Source of the DNA: a virus
Lineage: Duplodnaviria > Caudoviricetes
IMG/VR virus record: IMGVR_UViG_3300030397_000588
Coordinates: 1-45,876 of that record
Reading direction: 5' to 3' (one strand)
DNA: 45,876 bases
Made by a program: the position numbers and the translations under genes. The notes beneath the pieces are model-generated. The model searched no databases. It was not told the origin of the DNA and worked only from the letters and a program-made list of their open reading frames with translations. Within the stretch, counting starts at the first letter, position 1. Each line of letters starts with the position of its first letter. Positions 25,980 to 34,274 of the stretch are shown piece after piece.

Positions 25980-26362
25980 GTAGGGGTCTTGCTGCAAAAG
26001 GAATGCCTGTAGATGGGATGCAAAATATAATACAGGATCTTCTCATTTCGCATAATAGGTACAAGCACCTTCTTAGCAATCCTTGTTTGTGTGTCTTCCC
26101 TAACCCCTACAACAGCTTCATTATCCATGAGCTTAAGGAGTTAAGAATGGAGCTAAGCGTGATTACAAAGCCCGATACGACTCAATACTTACACGCTCTG
26201 GATAATGGAAAAGACATGCGTGATCCTATGACGCACGCATGTTAACTCGAAATTACCTACACGCGCAATGGGGATTCATACCGAAGGTATTGTGGGGTTA
26301 TACCTGTCACGCAATTGCGCTACTCTTTTAGCGCGCGTAACCTCAGTCTAGGAGTCGTAAAT

Positions 26363-26829
26363 TCAGATATCTTTAGGTTTATCCATCCCTAGCGCCTCTT
26401 TCTCCTTCCACCCCTCCTCGAGCGAGATGTAGGATATCACGTGCTTGATAAAGAACCCGGGGCTGCCGTCTTCCGCCCGTACCAGCTTGTGGAATACAAT
26501 CGAGTCACCAGGCTCCTGAATCGACGACGTATCAAGTATCTCCGGCCCACTGATCTCTATCGGCGCCCCATACTCCACCTCCGGCTCTGCAGCCAGCATC
26601 TTGTGCATGCCACCGGCCGGGTGCTTGGGCTCGGTGCCTGTCCGCAGCCAGTCAGCATTAACACCGAGAACATCTGCCAAAAACTGCATATCTCCTCGAC
26701 TTATCTCCACCTTATCACCTTCCCAGTTCCGAATCGTAGAGATAGCCTTGTAGGTCTTGGCTTTTAAGACCATCTGAGTCCAGTCTTCTCTAGCCTCGCC
26801 TGTTTTATCCTAGCGCCTATAGAACTCAT
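26363..26829 (-). pseudogene. CI-like repressor B with a 1-bp frameshift in the HTH
   Basis: MSSIGARIKQARLEK (ATG 26829) is out of frame with WTQMVLKAKTYKAISTIRNWEG...LADVLGVNADWLRTG; the two ATGs are 56 nt apart. Confidence 0.7.
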
Positions 26830-26872
26830 ACAATTATTAGCGCTAGATCGTAACATAATTGTAACTAAAAGC

Positions 26873-26909
26873 TACAATCGTTGTATCTAGCATACAATGG
26901 TTGTATATT
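26873..26909 (+). promoter_or_regulatory. Rightward promoter with two palindromic operators (cassette B)
   Basis: TTGTAT(26881)-N17-TATATT(26904); tacaatcgttgta (26873) and tacaatggttgta (26893). Confidence 0.75.
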
Positions 26910-26944
26910 AAGTCATTCGTATTAACGAGCTAATATAACTCACG

Positions 26945-27172
26945 ATGACGGACCTGCAGAAAAGAGCACAAAATATTCGCATTCGACTAGCTACGCTCAA
27001 GATTACTCATGGCATAAAGGCCCGTGACGTAGCAATTGAAGCCGGATACACGCCTGAATATATGTCGGCCGTCTTGGGTGGGAAATATGAAAGCGAAGAA
27101 CTCTGCCAGAAGCTTGAGGAATTACTCAAAAAGCTTGAATCAGATGACGAACAACTTAAGATAGCCGCTTAG
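26945..27172 (+). CDS. Cro-like HTH protein
   Basis: GIKARDVAIEAGYTPEYMSAVLGGK; divergent from repressor B; ends in KIAA. Confidence 0.8.
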   Translation: MTDLQKRAQNIRIRLATLKITHGIKARDVAIEAGYTPEYMSAVLGGKYESEELCQKLEELLKKLESDDEQLKIAA

Positions 27173-27246
27173 TGCTCACTTAATAAACGAAAGCCCGCAG
27201 CCTGACTGGTAATCTAACTGCGAGCTTTCTAATCAATAAATGACTT

Positions 27247-27678
27247 ATGGAAGATCGTAAATCTGGCTCAGATAGCCAAACTCCCATTCATTTACTCCCC
27301 GTTCGCGGTGGCCTCTTCGGAATGGGCTTCGAACTTGTCACCACGGCTCTACACTACGCTGGACGCGACAAGGGACATACAGTAACACATTTCATACCCG
27401 GCGCGGACCACTACTTGGATCCCGCTGATGTCTTGAAATTAGGCAGCACCGCGTGCAAATCGGCTGCCGACAGCTCCCCAAAGACTGACATATTTAACGA
27501 GCTTGGCGCCCCAGCCGCCCGCCCTTCGGCAATGGCAGAGACGCTGGCACGCCACGAGGATGCTAGTATGGATCCAGTGACTGCAACACGAAATCACTCT
27601 GAATCCTTGTCAGAAAACCGCTCTTCGAGCTTACGAAGCCTCTTCTCTAGTTCATCTATTTTTGGAAAATCAGGCTGA
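27247..27678 (+). CDS. Hypothetical protein, probably a truncated paralog of 28277-28795
   Basis: Shares SPKT.DI.N..GAPA.RPS...ASMD; C-terminus is merely antisense of repressor C. Confidence 0.55.
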   Translation: MEDRKSGSDSQTPIHLLPVRGGLFGMGFELVTTALHYAGRDKGHTVTHFIPGADHYLDPADVLKLGSTACKSAADSSPKTDIFNELGAPAARPSAMAETLARHEDASMDPVTATRNHSESLSENRSSSLRSLFSSSSIFGKSG

Positions 27679-27956
27679 TCCTCCTTGTCCCTAAAGGACA
27701 CGTGGAGTTCGTCGTCCTTGAATACAGAAATAATCAGAATGCCTAACACATCGAATATCTCAAGCGCAAGACTCAATGCAGGCTCAGTCTTGCCCGCCTC
27801 GTACCCAACATATGTACGCAGAGATATCTCTATACCCGAATTAGCCAACAAATCTACGACTTCCTGCTGTGTATACCCCCGTCGCTTCCGCGATTTGATT
27901 AGCCATTCCGGCAAAACATCTGATATTTTTTGCCCATTATCAGTATTTTTCTTCAC
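27594..27956 (-). CDS. XRE-family HTH repressor C
   Basis: LIKSRKRRGYTQQEVVDLL...ISLRTYVGYEAGKTEPAL; C-terminal coiled coil IDELEKRLRKLEE. Confidence 0.85.
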   Translation of the reverse strand: MKKNTDNGQKISDVLPEWLIKSRKRRGYTQQEVVDLLANSGIEISLRTYVGYEAGKTEPALSLALEIFDVLGILIISVFKDDELHVSFRDKEDQPDFPKIDELEKRLRKLEERFSDKDSE

Positions 27957-27971
27957 TTGATACGAATTCTA

Positions 27972-28006
27972 TTGCATATACGAAGTTTATTTCTTATTAT
28001 ATGCAA
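27972..28006 (+). promoter_or_regulatory. Rightward promoter/operator (cassette C)
   Basis: TTGCAT-N17-TATTAT inside inverted repeat ttgcatata-N17-tatatgcaa. Confidence 0.7.
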
Positions 28007-28037
28007 GAGTTTGCAACAACATTGTAAGGAATTAACA

Positions 28038-28211
28038 ATGGACACTAAAAGCGAACGAGTTGTTTCCCTGCTCTCAACCAAGGAGCTAGACATTGTAAAG
28101 AAAGCAGCCAACCGTAGTGAGCGCTCTGTCTCAACGTTTGTACGAATCGCTGCCCTGCGAGAGGCCTGGAGACAGATCAACGAGGAAAAACCCGAATTGG
28201 ATTTAGCCTAA
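28038..28211 (+). CDS. Ribbon-helix-helix protein (Arc/DUF1778-like)
   Basis: RVVSLLSTKELDIVKKAANRSERSVSTFVRIAAL; aagga SD; paralog of 7830-8009. Confidence 0.75.
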   Translation: MDTKSERVVSLLSTKELDIVKKAANRSERSVSTFVRIAALREAWRQINEEKPELDLA

Positions 28212-28212
28212 T

Positions 28213-28312
28213 AGAAAAGCCGCTCCCGTCGTCGAAAACTGAAGCGGCTAAAATCAAACCTTGATGGGGATTTGATATGCCAGATTATACGATAAACCAG
28301 CTAAAAGTTCAA
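28213..28312 (-). ncRNA. Putative antisense RNA unit
   Basis: Minus strand TTGAAC(28312)-N17-TATAAT(28289); hairpin agccgct...agcggct with U-tract; covers the RBS of ORF 28277. Confidence 0.55.
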
Positions 28313-28795
28313 TGCCTCCTCATGCCAGTCGGCGGTAGAGGCTACGTACCAACATATTTCTTAGAAGGCTCGGACAGGTATTACGATTCACTGGAAGAGC
28401 TTATTGCTGCGTCACCTGCTTGCATATCTGACGACAGCGTGTCCCCCAAGACAAACGACATTATCAACTTACATGGTGCACCAGCTTCGCGGCCCTCAGT
28501 CGAAGCCGAGCACCAAGCAGCTATAAGCGAGGCCAGTATGGACGCTTACAACGCATTTCTAGCCGAAGAGCGGCGCAACCCGCCTTATGGTGAATTCAAA
28601 ACCTTCGTCTGCGACTCTTGCAAGGATACCGGCCTCGATGATGTCGACTTCCTTGCACCATGCTCTGAATGCCTGCGCACGCCGCGTGATATTGCGCTCG
28701 AGCATGAAGCTGTGAGGACGCTCAACAAGGCTTCAGATCGCCACCGAGCAGCCACAGTGCACCCGCTCTACGGGACACCGAAAGAGGCTGCATAG
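28277..28795 (+). CDS. Hypothetical protein with C-terminal CxxC...CxxC zinc finger
   Basis: CDSCKDTG...PCSEC; third gene of cassette C; ends in KEAA. Confidence 0.7.
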   Translation: MPDYTINQLKVQCLLMPVGGRGYVPTYFLEGSDRYYDSLEELIAASPACISDDSVSPKTNDIINLHGAPASRPSVEAEHQAAISEASMDAYNAFLAEERRNPPYGEFKTFVCDSCKDTGLDDVDFLAPCSECLRTPRDIALEHEAVRTLNKASDRHRAATVHPLYGTPKEAA

Positions 28796-28808
28796 ACTCT
28801 CCCAACAC

Positions 28809-29210
28809 GGGGCGGCGGCTTCATTCACCCGTCGGAGGTGCAATGTACACGACTTACTCCGCCGCCCCTCTTTGACATTTTGAATACCACCAATGGGTGG
28901 TGATGAACGGAGGCGATGATACGACCCGTGCCGAAGGTCGGCGGGTCTGAAGGCTGGGATGCCATGAGTGATCTAGGGCGCCTCCAGGGCTTATTAGATG
29001 CCTGTACATGACCCTGAATCCCGGCAAAACCTTCTCTCTTTGACATTCTGAATTTGGGTTGACACCGACGCTGTGCGTGAGTCCCTAGCAGAGATACCCC
29101 ACGTATCGAACAAGTGGCAGCATGAAAGAAGGTTTTGAAGTTAGCCCAATCATATCCAGCAGCCGGGTTTTCCTCGGCAGTGGGCGAGTCTTTCGCTACC
29201 CGGCTGCTGG
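28809..29210 (+). ncRNA. Structured leader/antitermination region with two boxA-like sites
   Basis: ctctttgacatt(t/c)tgaat at 28868 and 29036; several perfect 7-13 bp stems; no convincing ORF. Confidence 0.6.
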
Positions 29211-29228
29211 CTCTAACCCTCGAATACT

Positions 29229-29441
29229 ATGACTGACTTGAAAACAACAATCGGCTTACACCAGAAAGCCACGGGCATTATTCGCGACAACGAGCGCCTC
29301 CAGGGCGCCCTAAACCGAGTCACAGAAATGATAAGGACCGAAGCGCCAGCGCTCTACCGGAAGGTGGCCGAAGAGGTGCTGAAGGACTTGGAAGCAGGTG
29401 ACAGGCTGCCTCTCGAACTACGCGCGGCGCTGGGTGAATGA
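29229..29441 (+). CDS. Hypothetical protein
   Basis: Start of a coupled early gene chain. Confidence 0.6.
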   Translation: MTDLKTTIGLHQKATGIIRDNERLQGALNRVTEMIRTEAPALYRKVAEEVLKDLEAGDRLPLELRAALGE

Positions 29442-29653
29442 GCGCCGATCTGCTCATAGGACTTGTGTTCGGATACTTCCTGGGTGTCCTGGCAGCGCTT
29501 ACGCCGCCCGAGCAACCGGAAGACATGCACCAGAGCGCGGGCGACAAGTACGTCATAACCGGCGCCCAGAAAAACAAGCTTGCGAGGCAAATGCAGGAGT
29601 GGAAGAAGGCGGCAGAAAGCAATAGCGGAAATCACATAAAAAACGGCAAGTGA
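29438..29653 (+). CDS. Small membrane protein
   Basis: N-terminal TM LLIGLVFGYFLGVLAAL; ATGA overlap. Confidence 0.55.
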   Translation: MSADLLIGLVFGYFLGVLAALTPPEQPEDMHQSAGDKYVITGAQKNKLARQMQEWKKAAESNSGNHIKNGK

Positions 29654-30045
29654 CTTACGACGAACTCACAGAAAGAACCCAGGCCGTTACCGGCGCTAAT
29701 ACCGACGAACTCATTGAGCAAGTCCGCGCCCTGTCGGTAGCCTACGGCACGCAAAAGGCGAAAGTCGAATACATGACAGACTTTCGCAAAGCGAAGCTCT
29801 ACGGCGTCCTAGAAGAGCGTAGAGCAGAGTTCGAAGAAGTGGGCGAGAAAGTCACTGAAGCCCGCCTCGAGGCGATTGCGAGAGCCTCTAAAGCCTATAA
29901 GGAATACTTGCAGCGCATGTACGAAGAGAAGGTAGCCCTGGTGCAGGCTGAGGCCGAGTACTTCGCAGCCAGAAACAAGCTTGAATCAATCATGGAAATG
30001 CTGAAATACGCACGCAGCGAGCAGTACTTCCACAGCAAAAACTAA
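29650..30045 (+). CDS. Helical protein, possible recombination mediator
   Basis: All-helical 131 aa directly upstream of the RecT-like gene. Confidence 0.6.
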   Translation: MTYDELTERTQAVTGANTDELIEQVRALSVAYGTQKAKVEYMTDFRKAKLYGVLEERRAEFEEVGEKVTEARLEAIARASKAYKEYLQRMYEEKVALVQAEAEYFAARNKLESIMEMLKYARSEQYFHSKN

Positions 30046-30049
30046 CACT

Positions 30050-30904
30050 ATGGAATTGGTACCTACGCAAAAGGATCAAATGCCGCAGATAGAACCTCGG
30101 CAACCCTCATACTTCGATTCATTGATCCGAGTGGCTAAGAGCTTTGCGTTGTCCCAGTACTTTGATGACCTCAAAGGGGACGGCAATCAGCAGATCGCGC
30201 AGGCCTTTACTAAGATTATCACCGGCCAAGAATTTGGCGTGCCTGCCTCGGCTTCAATTCGGGGTATCCACATTGTCAAAGGGAAACCCGTAATAAGTGC
30301 TGGCCTAATGTCGGGCCTGATCAAGCGTTCTCCTAAATATGATTACCGTGTTGCCGAGCGCTCCGCTGAAAGGTGCAAAATTGAGTGTTTCGAGTACGTA
30401 GACGGATCAAAGGAGTCTCTAGGCCCCGCTATTGTTTGGGACATGGAAAAGGCGAAGAGAGCAGGTGTAACGGGGAATCCTACGTGGAAGAGATATCCAG
30501 ACCGAATGCTCTTTGCCCGCGCAATCTCTGAAGCCTGTACGATCTACTTTCCCGACCTACTCCTTGGCAATGTCTACACACCTGACGAATTGGACGCTAC
30601 TGATGCTTCGTTTGTCGAGGTAGAGCACACAGAACCGGAACGAGAGCAGCAGCCTGAAGCCGCAATAGAGGCCCCTTCAGAGGAGCAGCCCGCGCGTCAG
30701 CTTGAAGGGGTAGACGAGCGCCTGCTCAACATGTCCAAGGCTCTCAGCAAAGCTGAGAACGAGGGTAATCTGGAAGACGCACTAGCCTATTGCAGGGAGA
30801 AAGCCGACAGCTATCCCAAAGACCTCAGAGTCGAGGCTTTCAAGATCATAGAGTCATTCGAATCGAAGGTCGAATTTGCCGAAACACCGGAATTTTTTCA
30901 GTAG
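30050..30904 (+). CDS. RecT-like single-strand annealing protein
   Basis: KI.TGQEFGVP..SIRGIHIVKGKP..SA.LM..LI...A.RAG...NPTWKRYPDRMLFARAIS..C..YFPD. Confidence 0.8.
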   Translation: MELVPTQKDQMPQIEPRQPSYFDSLIRVAKSFALSQYFDDLKGDGNQQIAQAFTKIITGQEFGVPASASIRGIHIVKGKPVISAGLMSGLIKRSPKYDYRVAERSAERCKIECFEYVDGSKESLGPAIVWDMEKAKRAGVTGNPTWKRYPDRMLFARAISEACTIYFPDLLLGNVYTPDELDATDASFVEVEHTEPEREQQPEAAIEAPSEEQPARQLEGVDERLLNMSKALSKAENEGNLEDALAYCREKADSYPKDLRVEAFKIIESFESKVEFAETPEFFQ

Positions 30905-30922
30905 GAAATCAGAGGGTCAATA

Positions 30923-31861
30923 GTGAGTGAGCCGCAGCTATTTCTTGTAACAAAAAAAATGCTTTGGAAGCTGATAAAGCATGAGCAAGAGCGGGGTGAG
31001 TTCTCTACTGAAGGAGCTATTGCAAGTATGCTTTACGACCGGATGAGAGGCAAGGAATTTAGCCAAAGAGAATATCAACAAGTATGGGGATGGAGCCGAA
31101 AAAAAGTGCGCTATAACTGGGACCAAATAACGTCGACAGCAGCTCTTTTGCTGCTAAATAGCCAGGGGCCACACAAGGGCCACGCAGGGGCCCAAAATGC
31201 GGCCAAATCTGACGAAAAAAGCCAAGTCGGGGCCACGCAGGGGCCACGCAAGGGCCCACATCTATATAATAACTATTTATCTAATACTAAGAACATAAGT
31301 AAACTTAAAGGTTCTGCTGTACCCAAAGAGTCGCGACTCGTCGAAAAAAAATCTCCGAGCCACAAGAAGAAATCTACTCACTTCGATTCCTCCTCCTGGC
31401 AGTACCGTTTTGCCTCAGCTCACCTCGACGCCTTGGAGCGCCTAAGCGTCGCTCCCCAATCTGCACTTAGAGATAAACCCAAAACGATCCAAAGAGACGC
31501 CGCGGTTTTCGACAAGCTTCACCGCATCGACGGACACACGCAAGAGGAGATTCAGCGCGTCATGAAGTGGCTGCTCTCCCCTACGAACTGGTGGATCGAA
31601 AACGGCAATTATGCGAGCGCCGAAAAACTGCGCAAGTCCAAAGACGGGCAGAAGTTCTTCGAGAAATTTCAAATCCAATCCCTCAATAAAAATGGATCAG
31701 CAAAATCCAGCACGAACAATCGAACCCCAGCAGCCCCTGAGGCTGGCTCAACCGGATACACCCACGGCGCAAGCTATGGCGACGTACTCCGCGCCGTCCA
31801 AGTTGCCAACCGTACCCTCAATCCTGAACCAGGTGGCGTGGCAAGAGCCAGCAACGAGTAG
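30923..31861 (+). CDS. Replication initiator (lambda O-like)
   Basis: N-terminal wHTH (SQREYQQVWGWSRKKVR), internal iterons, C-terminal D.L.RIDG....EI..V..W...WW..N..S.EKLRK. Confidence 0.8.
   Translation: MSEPQLFLVTKKMLWKLIKHEQERGEFSTEGAIASMLYDRMRGKEFSQREYQQVWGWSRKKVRYNWDQITSTAALLLLNSQGPHKGHAGAQNAAKSDEKSQVGATQGPRKGPHLYNNYLSNTKNISKLKGSAVPKESRLVEKKSPSHKKKSTHFDSSSWQYRFASAHLDALERLSVAPQSALRDKPKTIQRDAAVFDKLHRIDGHTQEEIQRVMKWLLSPTNWWIENGNYASAEKLRKSKDGQKFFEKFQIQSLNKNGSAKSSTNNRTPAAPEAGSTGYTHGASYGDVLRAVQVANRTLNPEPGGVARASNE
31165..31309. repeat. Replication origin: iterons plus AT-rich tract
   Basis: Two clusters of three 11-bp-phased (a/g)gggccac(a/g)ca-type units at 31165-31194 and 31229-31260, then AT-rich 31261-31309. 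Confidence 0.75.
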
Positions 31862-32240
31862 CGACGTGGAGGGCGCCGTCTCGATCGTGCTTACTTGCAT
31901 TCAGCCGAACTTCGGCGCAGCGCAGGCAGCCATGCTTTGCCGAATGGTTGCGGATCGCGGCTACACGAAAGCTGAACTTGCACTTGCAGCGAAAGAGCTT
32001 CCCTTTGACGAGGTTATGAACTCAAAGCTGCGATTCGACAACCCGGTAATCCCGGCAGACTTCGAGCGTGTGATCAAGGCGCACCGCGAGCAGGTAGCGG
32101 CACTGCGCACACCGCAGACGCAGAGCGGCATGTTCAAGCTTCTGCAGAAGTACCCGGAGCTTGAGCGAGAGAACTTCAAGGTTTGCGGTTATCAACCAGG
32201 CGAAGACGGCGCGCCGCTGTACCGGTACGTGAGCCAATGA
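31692..32240 (+). CDS. Hypothetical replication-associated protein (lambda P position)
   Basis: Overlaps the 3' end of the initiator. Confidence 0.55.
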   Translation: MDQQNPARTIEPQQPLRLAQPDTPTAQAMATYSAPSKLPTVPSILNQVAWQEPATSSDVEGAVSIVLTCIQPNFGAAQAAMLCRMVADRGYTKAELALAAKELPFDEVMNSKLRFDNPVIPADFERVIKAHREQVAALRTPQTQSGMFKLLQKYPELERENFKVCGYQPGEDGAPLYRYVSQ

Positions 32241-32596
32241 GCGGGCCCGGCTGCAAATACTGCAAAGAGCCGATCGAAGGTGGGCGACTCCCCTACTGCT
32301 CGATCGTGCACTTCGCCTGGGACAAATTCGGAACGCCCCCTTTACTCGCCAAGAAACAGTTGCAAAATGAACGAGACAGAAAAGCGGATCAAAAAAATGG
32401 GATTCATGGACGCTTACGCTACGCTCGAAGAGCCGAGCAAACTGAAGCGGCAGATAAGGGCTTTGCCCCTGCCGCAGACGTGGGTGAAGTGTCTTAGCGA
32501 CCTGGCCGGGTTGCGCGTTGTCCGCACCGGAACGCGCAACCCCTGGCCCGACACGCCCCCGGTTTATCCAGAGCAAACGAAATCGAGGAAAGCAGC

Positions 32597-32926
32597 ATGA
32601 CAGTTACCAAAGTTGAAGTACGCCGCCTGTTCACATACGGGCAGTTCAAAAACATAACCTTTGGCTACACCGCCGAAGTCGACGACGAACGGCCGGAAGA
32701 GGTGAAGGCTAATCTGCTCAACATGATCGAGACGGATTGGACGGAGTTCATTGGATCGGAGAACCGGATCCGAGACGAGCGAAGAGCCGAAGAGCAATTC
32801 AAATACGCTGTGGCTGATAAAGAGCGGCAGATCGAAAACCTGTCGAAGCGGATCGAGAAAATGCGTGAGTTTCTGAAGCAGCACGGCGTCGAAGTCCCAG
32901 AGTATTCAGACGACCTCCCCTTCTAA
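32597..32926 (+). CDS. Hypothetical protein with SSB-like acidic tail
   Basis: Ends in YSDDLPF; coiled coil. Confidence 0.7.
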   Translation: MTVTKVEVRRLFTYGQFKNITFGYTAEVDDERPEEVKANLLNMIETDWTEFIGSENRIRDERRAEEQFKYAVADKERQIENLSKRIEKMREFLKQHGVEVPEYSDDLPF

Positions 32927-32940
32927 AACGGGCAAGCAGC

Positions 32941-33123
32941 ATGAGAAAAGCCAGAGGCGTTTACCGCGTCACCGACGAGCTTCGCAAGGAGCTGTACGAG
33001 GCATTCCTCGCAGACGAGAGCGATAGGAGCAACCGGCAGAAGTACGCCAAGATTGCCCGCAGATACAACATCGGCCCAGACACCGTGCGCCAGAGTGTCT
33101 ACAAATTCAGAGAACAGTCATGA
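32941..33123 (+). CDS. Small HTH protein
   Basis: YAKIARRYNIGPDTVRQSV. Confidence 0.65.
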   Translation: MRKARGVYRVTDELRKELYEAFLADESDRSNRQKYAKIARRYNIGPDTVRQSVYKFREQS

Positions 33124-33413
33124 ATTACACCCTAATTGAGGACGCATATACCAATAACCCCCGATTGCAAACGAATATCATTCGGATGCGGACGAGGCAT
33201 CAGCAGCGCTTCGACGTGCTGGTGAAAGAGTTCTTGGCATGGACACCTGTTGGACGCGCATGGAGCGGGGCGAGGCTGTGGAGGGCACCAGGAGGGACAA
33301 TGACCAACCTGGCAGCAGCGAAGGCGCTAGAGGATCATGGCCTAGACTGGTACGGCTACGTCGTTCAACGATTCACGCTGGCGGACATCAAGCACCGGAG
33401 GGCCGCGGCATGA
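33120..33413 (+). CDS. Hypothetical protein
   Basis: ATGA-coupled; ends in RAAA. Confidence 0.55.
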   Translation: MNYTLIEDAYTNNPRLQTNIIRMRTRHQQRFDVLVKEFLAWTPVGRAWSGARLWRAPGGTMTNLAAAKALEDHGLDWYGYVVQRFTLADIKHRRAAA

Positions 33414-33658
33414 GAACTCACGCACAACAGCATTTGCAGAAGGGCCTGGTCCTTTGGCGCCGCCCGTGCGGGCAGCTCCTCTGGGATCCGCCGAAGACCA
33501 ACGAGCGCTACGGCTGCGAGGACCTAGAGCGCGTCCCCCCTATCGCCGTTGCGTGGTACGTATGGGCGGAGATCCTAATGGGCAAGGTGTGCATCGAGGA
33601 TCAGTATCATCGGCCGCACGTGAGGCGCCAGAAACGAAATTGGAGGCAGGCGGCATGA
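33410..33658 (+). CDS. Hypothetical protein
   Basis: ATGA-coupled; ends in RQAA. Confidence 0.5.
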   Translation: MRTHAQQHLQKGLVLWRRPCGQLLWDPPKTNERYGCEDLERVPPIAVAWYVWAEILMGKVCIEDQYHRPHVRRQKRNWRQAA

Positions 33659-33942
33659 ACGAAATGGCAGAATTCTACCGGGAACGGAAAGAGGCTAACC
33701 AGAGGCACCGCTGGAGTCAATACGAGATCAACAAGCACCATGCTGAGAATCTTGGTGCCCAGATCAGCGAGAAAGCCAGTACATGGTTCTTCACGCTACC
33801 GGACGGGGTGATTGTGCACTTCTACCCTACGAAGAACTGGTGGCGTTACGCTGGAGGAGCTAAGACTCCCTCGCAGTCGGGTGGCTTTAGGAAGTTCTGG
33901 AAATGGTTCTTGTACCAAAGCGAATTGAGGCAAGCGGCATGA
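33655..33942 (+). CDS. Hypothetical protein
   Basis: ATGA-coupled; VHFYPTKNWW motif; ends in RQAA. Confidence 0.6.
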   Translation: MNEMAEFYRERKEANQRHRWSQYEINKHHAENLGAQISEKASTWFFTLPDGVIVHFYPTKNWWRYAGGAKTPSQSGGFRKFWKWFLYQSELRQAA

Positions 33943-34274
33943 AATTGATTCTAAGCCCAAGGGGCTATCCCGACGTGTTTGCTGCAACAACGGACTTCAA
34001 GTGGGAAGTCTACCGCAGTGACATGAACACGAAATCCATGACGCGGACGTACCACGTCTACCGCTACGAGAAGGAGCGTGTTGTTTACCGGATCGCGATC
34101 AAGGCGAACAACATGCTGGAGTTCGCTCAGAAACTCATTGATGAGGTCGAGGGCATTGACTCGGTCGCCCTCTACAGCAGTGACCGAAAAAACCTTGTCG
34201 CCATTGAGCGGCCCCGCCCTACTCCCGTCGTGAAGAATGGTCAGTACGAGCTTGAACTGGGGGTGGCGGCATGA
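33939..34274 (+). CDS. Hypothetical protein
   Basis: ATGA-coupled; ends in GVAA. Confidence 0.55.
   Translation: MKLILSPRGYPDVFAATTDFKWEVYRSDMNTKSMTRTYHVYRYEKERVVYRIAIKANNMLEFAQKLIDEVEGIDSVALYSSDRKNLVAIERPRPTPVVKNGQYELELGVAA

Noticed and set aside
25931-26245. Short ORFs on both strands between the sRNA candidate and repressor B
   Set aside because: No motif or convincing start, and the strands conflict; left unannotated
28895-29020. Hammerhead ribozyme or C/D-box RNA (TGATGA, CTGA)
   Set aside because: No CUGANGA...GAAA core with the required stems; box-like words could be chance, though a kink-turn is not excluded
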